Shown here: positions 56,311 to 64,000 of the stretch, one piece after another
Layout: each line of letters begins with the position of its first letter
Numbering within the stretch: position 1 is the stretch's first letter
Origin: the human T2T-CHM13v2.0 reference genome, Homo sapiens
Assembly: GCF_009914755.1 (NCBI RefSeq)
Contig: NC_060927.1
Direction: 5' to 3' (one strand)
DNA length: 64,000 nucleotides
Program-made: the position numbers and the translations under genes
The notes under the pieces: model-generated
What the model saw: the letters and a program-made list of their open reading frames with translations, nothing else
Told to the model about the DNA's origin: nothing
The model's database searches: none

Positions 56311-57649
56311 ACCAAGAACAACCCCTTCAATCTTCCACCACTTAGTCTTCTCATGCCCCACGTGCAGTCTCTTTAAATTTTAAGATGGAATTAGAACAGG
56401 ACATAGTCTTATTTTTGCTACCCCAAGAACTTGCTAGATGCCAGATGCTCCCTCAAGCAACAGATTAAGAAAAAGAGAAACCAGTAAAGCTCACACTTGT
56501 TAAATGGCAATTGGTTTAGCACCTCCTAAAACAGAATCCACGAGCTTCTATGGAATAAAGCTACAAACTCTTACAGCAAGGTTACTTGAAACCTGCATCA
56601 GTAAGACGTTCAGTGCCTTCCCTCTAAAGCATTCTTTCAACCGTTGATCCTGGGCATTGGGCAACCTCTGGTGAGCTAAGCACCTTGCCAGACGGCTGTC
56701 ATGAGCCCTGTTTAATCCTTCTCTCAAGGAGCAGTGGTATTGTTTCAATAAAGTTGCCACTGTAATTGCTTGGCTTACCGTTTAAGAGTATTATAAGTTC
56801 TGGGAATGGATTTGTGAAAAAAAAATACAATTAAAACAAATTTTAACAGTGTTCTATTGAGTATGTAGTTGCACAAGAGGAGCCAACTTGCCCCAGGCTG
56901 GCCACTGGAGGATTTATCTTATAGAAGAAGCTGTTTTACTTAATCTGGTTTCCTATATAAAAACAGAATGCCAGGAGCCTGTGGCTCTGATGAGAGGGGA
57001 GGAGAAAAAGACATTATGGTTGTATCTCCAGGTTAACACTTAAAAATCAAGGCAAATGAAAAACACAACCAACCCGGGAGTTTAACCATAGATGCACTTG
57101 GATGACAAATTCAGACTTCCATGTTTTAAATGAGAGCCCCTGACATAGCTCTCCCTGGACGTGTCTAAAAACACATGTATTTATGATTAGTGGGCCAGAG
57201 TCCACCACCACACAATTGTGGCTGTAATGCAAGTAGCTCTATCTTTTTTGTATTCAGACCATCTGTTTTCAACTTAGTGCTGTACTGGACTTCCTAAAAC
57301 CTGACCTACCTCAACGTCATGACCAGAGATTACATTCTATTTTCCCCAAGGGTGCCCTCCACTATGAAAGAAAAGCATAAGCATTTGGACAGGCTGGCTG
57401 GAAGGCAGCAATTTCTGAAGCCTATCCCATAAAGTTCCCAGATTCTCAAGGAAACAAGTGACTCATGGAGCTCTTGATTTAGGTAGCTAGTGCTTCCACA
57501 GTGTTAACAGAAGAATGATGAAATGGAATCTATCTGAGAAACTGACCTTTGTTCTGGGGCTATTACAACTTAAATATACTCTGCATCCTACTGGCCACCT
57601 GTGAGCAGCTCCCTTTATGTTCATTGACAATAGTCCCAGGGACCTGTTT

Positions 57650-58520
57650 CCATCCATTTATCCATCATTCATTTATCCATCCATTCTTCATTCATTCAAC
57701 AAATATTTAAGCCATGATCTTAGGCTCTGGGAATAAAGTAAAGTACAAGGCAGGCAAAATTCCTTATCTAAAAGTGCTCACACTCTAGTGGAAAGACAGA
57801 TATTGAATAAGAAAACAAATAAATAAAATTTTTCAGATGACGAGTGCCATAAAGAATAAACAGAGGTGTGCCATAGAGGGAGAAGGAACCACTTTACATA
57901 GGGAAAGCCCCTCTGAGGAAATAACACTTTAGCTATTTTATTTAGGAATAATTTAAAAAATTGAAAGAATAATATTCTAAACCAAAGGCATTGTAAATGC
58001 GAAGTCCTTAGGGAGCAATAAGCTTGGTGTGTTTCGGGAATAGCAAGGTCTTTGTGGTTGTAGGAAAACAAGCACAGTATAGTCAGGTTATGATGGAGTT
58101 GGAGATTCACATAGGACGTCTAGCCTAAGGGAACTTTGTGTGTCATTCTAAAACCACCAAAATGTCATTGAAAGATTTGAGGGAAGAGAGGTGACATGAT
58201 CTGATGTATAATTGTAATGAATCTATATGGCTGCTGGGTGGAGAGTGAGAGGTCAGGAGGGAGGCAGGATACAAGAGTGGTCACAGGAAGAACATTTAAG
58301 AGACTGTTGCAGTAAACAAATGAGAAATGATGGTGGCTTGGACTATTAGTGGAGACAGTAAGAGGTGAATATATTAGGGATTTGTTTTAAAGATAGAGCT
58401 GACAGGTCTTACAGACCGTTCAGATGTGAGAAACAAGGGAAAGAGGAGAATGAAGAATGATTTGAAGTACTGGGCTTTTGCCCTTGGGTAGGTTGTAGTG
58501 CTCTTTCCTGAGACTGGCTC
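57650..58520 (-). mobile_element. L2, ~850 bp
   Basis: (TCCA/TTCA)n tail, CTCACACTCTAGTGG, GGGAAAGCCCCTCTGAGG, GAGAAATGATGGTGGCTTGGACTA. Confidence 0.85.
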
Positions 58521-60099
58521 CCCATGAATAACCCTAATCCAGAGAGGTAGAATGAGTTAACTGTTCTCCATTTTATCCATGTTGTCCTGAGAAGCAGGAG
58601 GCTCTTTATGTATCAGAACTTGTACCTGTAATGACAGTTCCCAACCTCCCAATCCTTTTTTCTGCATTTATCTCAGAACAAGCAAAAATTTGTTGGAGCC
58701 GGAGCTACATAAGCTGTCAGCAAAGAAAGAATAATTTTTTTTCTAGAATATAAAAACATGAGAGAACAAGCAAAGACATGGCTTTTTATTTTGCAGTCCT
58801 CCCCTCGAAATGAATGATTTTATTGCATCACTCGCAAGTGGGAATACTAAAGTGGGGTTGGGGTAAAGTCTTGAAGTGTTTACTCTCTAGACCATTCTGC
58901 AAAGACTAGTGGACTCCTGGAGATGACTCTGAACACTCTATTGGATTTCCCTATTTCATGGAGTCTGTGACAGAGAATTAAAAGGTCTTACGCCTTCACT
59001 CTGGGCTATTATTTCTCAGAATGCCTTTATTACAATAAGTATATTTTACAGTGGTATAACCCTTTTCGTCCAAAGGTAGAAGAATTTGCAATCAGCAAAC
59101 TGATTGCTATGTGATACACATTTGAGTCCAAATTAAAACTTGGTGCACCACATCTCAGTTTGCCATACTCCATCATACACAAGTGGGTAATTACAGGGCC
59201 AGAATTAACCAGGAGAGTACAGAGTAATAGTCATTTTAGTAGAATTATTTACTAAAACTTGTTGATGCATGAACATAACGCAAAAGATTCTCTTGAGCAA
59301 TCTAATTCTCACATTGGTGGGGTAGCACTTTTTTATCTGAATTCTTACAGCCTATGAAACCTCACCCATCAGACCAGCATCTTAAACATCGAGGCAGTTG
59401 CACTGGAAAAAAATACTTGTAAGACAAGCATTCCATCAGAATGATTAGCACCAAAATGCAAATTCATTGACTACCTGAAGATAATACATAGATTCATTTA
59501 ATAATATTGACAGTGAAATTTTTATATGCATGTTCTAAAATGTGCTACAAAAAGGAAGCTTATTAAATAATAAGAATTTCAATCAGCATAGTCTGTCAAC
59601 AATTCCAAACAAAATCAAAACCCAGACAGAAAACGTAGTAGGTGTCCTTCCTGTTACATCGGATGACTCATGATCCCCCTCCTCAAAAGCCCTATTAGTG
59701 ACACAAGCCACAATTACAGCTAACCCTCAGCACTTCTTTGCATGACACTTGAACTGAGGAAAAAAGTATTTTTCTAACCCTTTGGTGCTGAATATTTGAC
59801 CCTAAAGCTTGCTGTTTGCTCCTTTTTTGTCTCAATCCTCATGACTACAAATGCTATTATTAGTCATAAGGTTGTTCAGTCCCGTTTAAATTCCAGCCAT
59901 GGCATTTGACTCTCTGGCCTAAACATAATAGGGAACTCAAAATCCTAATTATTTCCAAGGGGTCTAATTCTTCAGCATTCACTTTGAATTTTCCCAGCTT
60001 CATATGGAATCAAGGCCTGTGTTAAATGTTAGCAATGTTATACCTCTGAATTCTTCACTGAGCATGGAGACAATGCTTCCTATCAAAAAGTGCATAAGT

Positions 60100-60290
60100 T
60101 TGTATATGGGCAGTCCTGGAACCGAATCTCAGTCTTGCCACTGATAAGTTAAGTGAATTTAAGAAAGTCGTAATATCTCTGTTTTGTGCTATATATAGAA
60201 GATAATATTTATATGAGGGGTTATTATATGACATATATTTTATGTAAAATTATTGGCACAAAATAGGCATTTAGTAAATAACAAATATTA
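60100..60290 (+). mobile_element. MIR
   Basis: GAATCTCAGTCTTGCCACT...TGGCACAAAATAGGCATTTAGTAAAT. Confidence 0.6.
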
Positions 60291-61199
60291 CTCATTATAT
60301 CATCAGCAACACCACCACAAATTTATGTAAAGTAACTAACAAAGCACCATTTTCCCTTTCAGCCTATGCTTGGCAGGGCGTATTTTAGCCTTAAAATCTT
60401 TGATCTGATGTTTGGAGTGTTCATGGCCCTTCAAAGACACGACACATCCAACACACCACTTAGAATAATCTAAGAGAATCTAGGCTGTTAGTTGAGTTTA
60501 GTCTGAAAATCTAGTTACATGATAAAAGATTATATAGGTTCAAAAATGCAAAATAAATCATTAAATCACAAATCTTAACTGCTCAGAGTGCCACTAGAAA
60601 TAAAATGGTTGAAACTTATTTCTAGATGTTGAAAACTGAGCCCTCACCGAATTAAGTAGCTTTTACAAGGTCATGCAACTTAGTAATGAGCTAACATCAG
60701 ACTGAGCCCAAACCCCAATTAGGTATATAACTTAAAACCTCTCTTACTCTAGTGATGGCTCTTATTTTTTTAACTAATGATGATCTTTCAGAGACCTTGA
60801 CTTGCCCAAACTAGGGCTGTAGATAAAGTTGGAGCTACATTTTTTGTTGTCATGGAATTGCTCAATTCAGATACTCTCTGAGGGCTCATCCAGCTCTAAA
60901 TATTTTATTATTGTTCTTCTTGCTATTCAAGGTTACCCTTTACATGGACACATATTGTTCATCAGTCTCTAAAATGTTTTTTGTCTTCTAAACAGACAAG
61001 GGTCTTTGCAATCTCACAAATGTCCATTCCATTGCCAAATTTTTCCCCAAATGCACAATAATCTCCCTCTGTTTATCCAATTCCCATTCACTCTGCAAGA
61101 CCCAGCTTCCCATCTCCTCCATAATATCTTCCCTCACTTTTCTGGCCTTAATCAAATTCCCTTTCTTCTGAGCACCTGTAGTCCCCAAGACTAGTCCAC

Positions 61200-61390
61200 A
61201 CAATTGAGAACACAGTAGTCCACTGTGTATGATGTTATCCCTATTATTTCTTGTGCACATCTTATCTTCCCAATTAGATGATGGCCCCTTGAAGACAAGT
61301 ACCATGGCTTAGGCTTACCAAATTGTTGTGGAGCAGAACATTGTGATGAATGAGCTCAGAGTAGGTATTCAAGTAATACTCAGTTGATTA
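61200..61390 (+). mobile_element. L2 3' fragment
   Basis: TCTTATCTTCCCAATTAGATGATGGCCCCTTGAAGACA...GTAGGTATTCAA. Confidence 0.55.
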
Positions 61391-61999
61391 GGCAGGGGGG
61401 CCAGAGAGGAGAACAAACATTTTCTTGTTTCTCCAACCATTCTTAGTTAAGTTCTGGGAATCCTCAATGCTAATACAAAAACTGAAAACTGGCAAGTTTG
61501 ATTGAGGTTTTGAACTAATTAGAACTAATTAGAGAGGGCAGGGAAGGACAGAAGATAGGCTACTTCTAATCCCATCCTACAATCCTTTCTTTGAAATGTA
61601 GAGGAAATCCACTTGAAACTGCCCAAGTGACTGATAGTTGTTTCTAAATGAGATTTCTACTTCTGCAGCATTGATTTCTGGCACTAAGTCCTGTCCTTAG
61701 AAGTTAACCTTTTTTCTGGGGTAAGAAAAGCTTTACTGAATCCATGTGATGAAAGATAAATGATATGGAATGTTATGAGCCAAAATTAGTTTAAAAAAAT
61801 AAAATTCAGTTGCATACTTACGTGTACCAGAATGCCACAGCATCATTATACAAGGAAGTGGCATTGGGAACATCTTAGGAAAAGATTTCATATTCCAGCT
61901 TCATCTTATTTAGCATGAATTTATTGAGTGCCTCATGACAGTAACAATCATGAAGATGATAATAATAGAATATTAAATATTGAACAAAAATAATAAAAA

Positions 62000-62240
62000 C
62001 GTTAAGAGTCCAGGTTCAAATGTTAAACACTCTGGGTTTGCATTCTGATTCTATAACTCTGTGTGGGCAAGTTACTTACCATTCCTGTGTCTCACTTTCC
62101 TTGTCTACTAAGTAGAGATATTAATAGCACTAGCTCAGAGATTTGTTGTAAGGATTAAACTGAGAAATATGTGAAAAAATATTTAAATAAGTATCTAGCA
62201 CATAGTAGACATTCAGTAATATTAGCTTTTGATCATTACT
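62000..62240 (+). mobile_element. MIR
   Basis: GGGCAAGTTACTTA...CTGTGTCTCACTTTCC...TTGTTGTAAGGATTAAA...TAGCACATAGTAG. Confidence 0.8.
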
Positions 62241-62469
62241 ATTATTATTATCATTAAAGACTTAAAAAGACTCTCCATAGTTCAGGCTCTGTGCTGGGCA
62301 ACTTATATATGCATATTTTTAGCAGATACAAATATTTTTTACAATTTGTGTGTGTTCACTAATATATTTCAACCAAAAGGAGTTCCTAGCCCATAGTAGG
62401 CACTCAGAAAATAACTGTTGAATGAATAAGAAATTTCATTTACTCCTCACAACAGCCTTAAAATGTAAC

Positions 62470-62940
62470 AGGCACTCAGAATATAACAGTGAGCAAGACA
62501 GAGTCCTAATTTTCAGGTCTGGTGTGATAAATCAACAGGCAATTCCTGTCCAGAGTGATTGCTCTGCTAAGGTAGTACAGGGCTTTTGGGAGCAGATATG
62601 AGAAACACTTAATCCGAACTCAAGGGAACAGGTAAGACTTTCTGGAGGAAATGACATCCAGGCTGAAATGTGAAGCATGAGTAAGTGTTAGCCAGGCAAA
62701 TCAGAGGTAACAATGTATGGCAAATCCAGAAGTTAAGAAAGTATGGTGACTTCATTTAAATGAATGTAGTTCTGTATAGATGAAGTGAGAGGTGAAGAGA
62801 GGAGAAAAGAAGATGTAGATGTCAGTAGGACTATGAGTACAGTACTGGGGACCTGGACTTAGATTCTAACAGCAGTGAGGCAATGTAAATTATTTAAGTG
62901 AGTGAGTGACATGGGCTTCGGAATGATCACTCTGGTCATT
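62470..62940 (-). mobile_element. L2 fragment
   Basis: AACAGTGAGCAAGACAGA...AGACTTTCTGGAGGAAATGAC...GAGTGACATG...GATCACTCTGG. Confidence 0.65.
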
Positions 62941-64000
62941 TCTTCCATTTCAGTGGACTCCCAGAATTCTAACACTTGCCTTGAGCTAGATCAACTTTGG
63001 TATTCATTTGCATATTGGTAAATTTTTTAGTCCACATTACTAGAATTATAGTCATTTATGGTTTTGAGACACAGACCCATCTTTGTGGCAGTGGTCTCTA
63101 AGACCAAAACTATCCTGAACCTTATGAACCCATACTCTGTGGGTAGGCAGTTCTTATCAAAAGTAGATCCAATTAGATCTGTTAATTGTGTCATAGAATT
63201 TCTCAAAATTTCTCACTTGGCTACCTTCCCAACACCATATTATGACTGAACTAGTAGATCTCTCTCTGCTAAGGTTAGAGCAAAGAAGGAGAGTTAACTT
63301 TTTGCGCATTGGCTGACCCAGCCTCAGAACATTTTATATTATTTTCTAATATTGAATGACAGATGGAAAATTTTCAGGGAAGGAGGTAGGTGGTAAGATA
63401 GATATGGAACAAAAAAGTTCCAGATTCCTATAGACCTTTCATTTAATATGTTATTGTATCAATATTTAATGTATATTAAATAACAATATATTACCATGGG
63501 TAACTTCCTATATGGTTAGAATTCTGCCAATCTGAATTTTTCTTTCTCAGAATTCAAGGCGATAACATTATAAAAATAATAGTTATAGATCCTCAATAGG
63601 ATATTTCAAGGGAATTACATTCACCAAAAGGCAGCCTTTCATATAAACATATCATGCAAGCTGACATAAACACCTAAGTGAACCTAAATGAAAACAATGT
63701 TTTCTATTGCTCTGAGCTCTGTGTGAATTGGCTCATCATAGCAAAATGAGCTTCTTAGTGGTCAGTGCATTGAGAAAATGGAAGAACTGTCATGTATTCA
63801 AAAACCAGAACCAAGTACTGGATTAGAGATTAAGAAAAGACAATCTTTGGTTTTGGAATCAAAAGTGGGGAAGAATTAATTTAAAGCAAGATTTTAGAAG
63901 GATGGTGAGGAGTTTCTGAGAACTAAAGTGAATGGGAGGAAAGACCTTCATAGTGATCCCCTTACCCTCACTTTTCCCTCAGTGCTTTGTTGATTTCAGT

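Overview
Primate, very probably human, non-coding genomic DNA (intronic or intergenic), AT-rich and largely built from interspersed repeats. These include Alus (J, S and one near-consensus AluYa-lineage copy), L1PA/L1MA/L1MB/L1M fragments, L2, MIR, MaLR (MLT1) solo LTRs and DNA-transposon fossils (Tigger3/MER7, MER8, MER20, MER5, MER33, MER81). I can support no protein-coding gene, RNA gene or CRISPR array. The recognisable ORFs are Alu read-throughs or decayed L1 ORF2 pieces, and the rest look like chance ORFs. I could not identify the locus and see no evidence of a new biological system. The most noteworthy signals are retrotransposition and repair scars: two twin-primed L1 inversions, three tiny L1 3' stubs with TSDs, a collapsed nested Alu, a templated-insertion duplication and a very young AluYa. 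There is also an unexplained ~90-bp diverged direct repeat near 25.6/26.1 kb and a CpG-retaining, RCGTG/AP-1-rich candidate enhancer at ~43-44 kb. Subfamily names come from remembered consensus sequences, and boundaries of old repeats are approximate.
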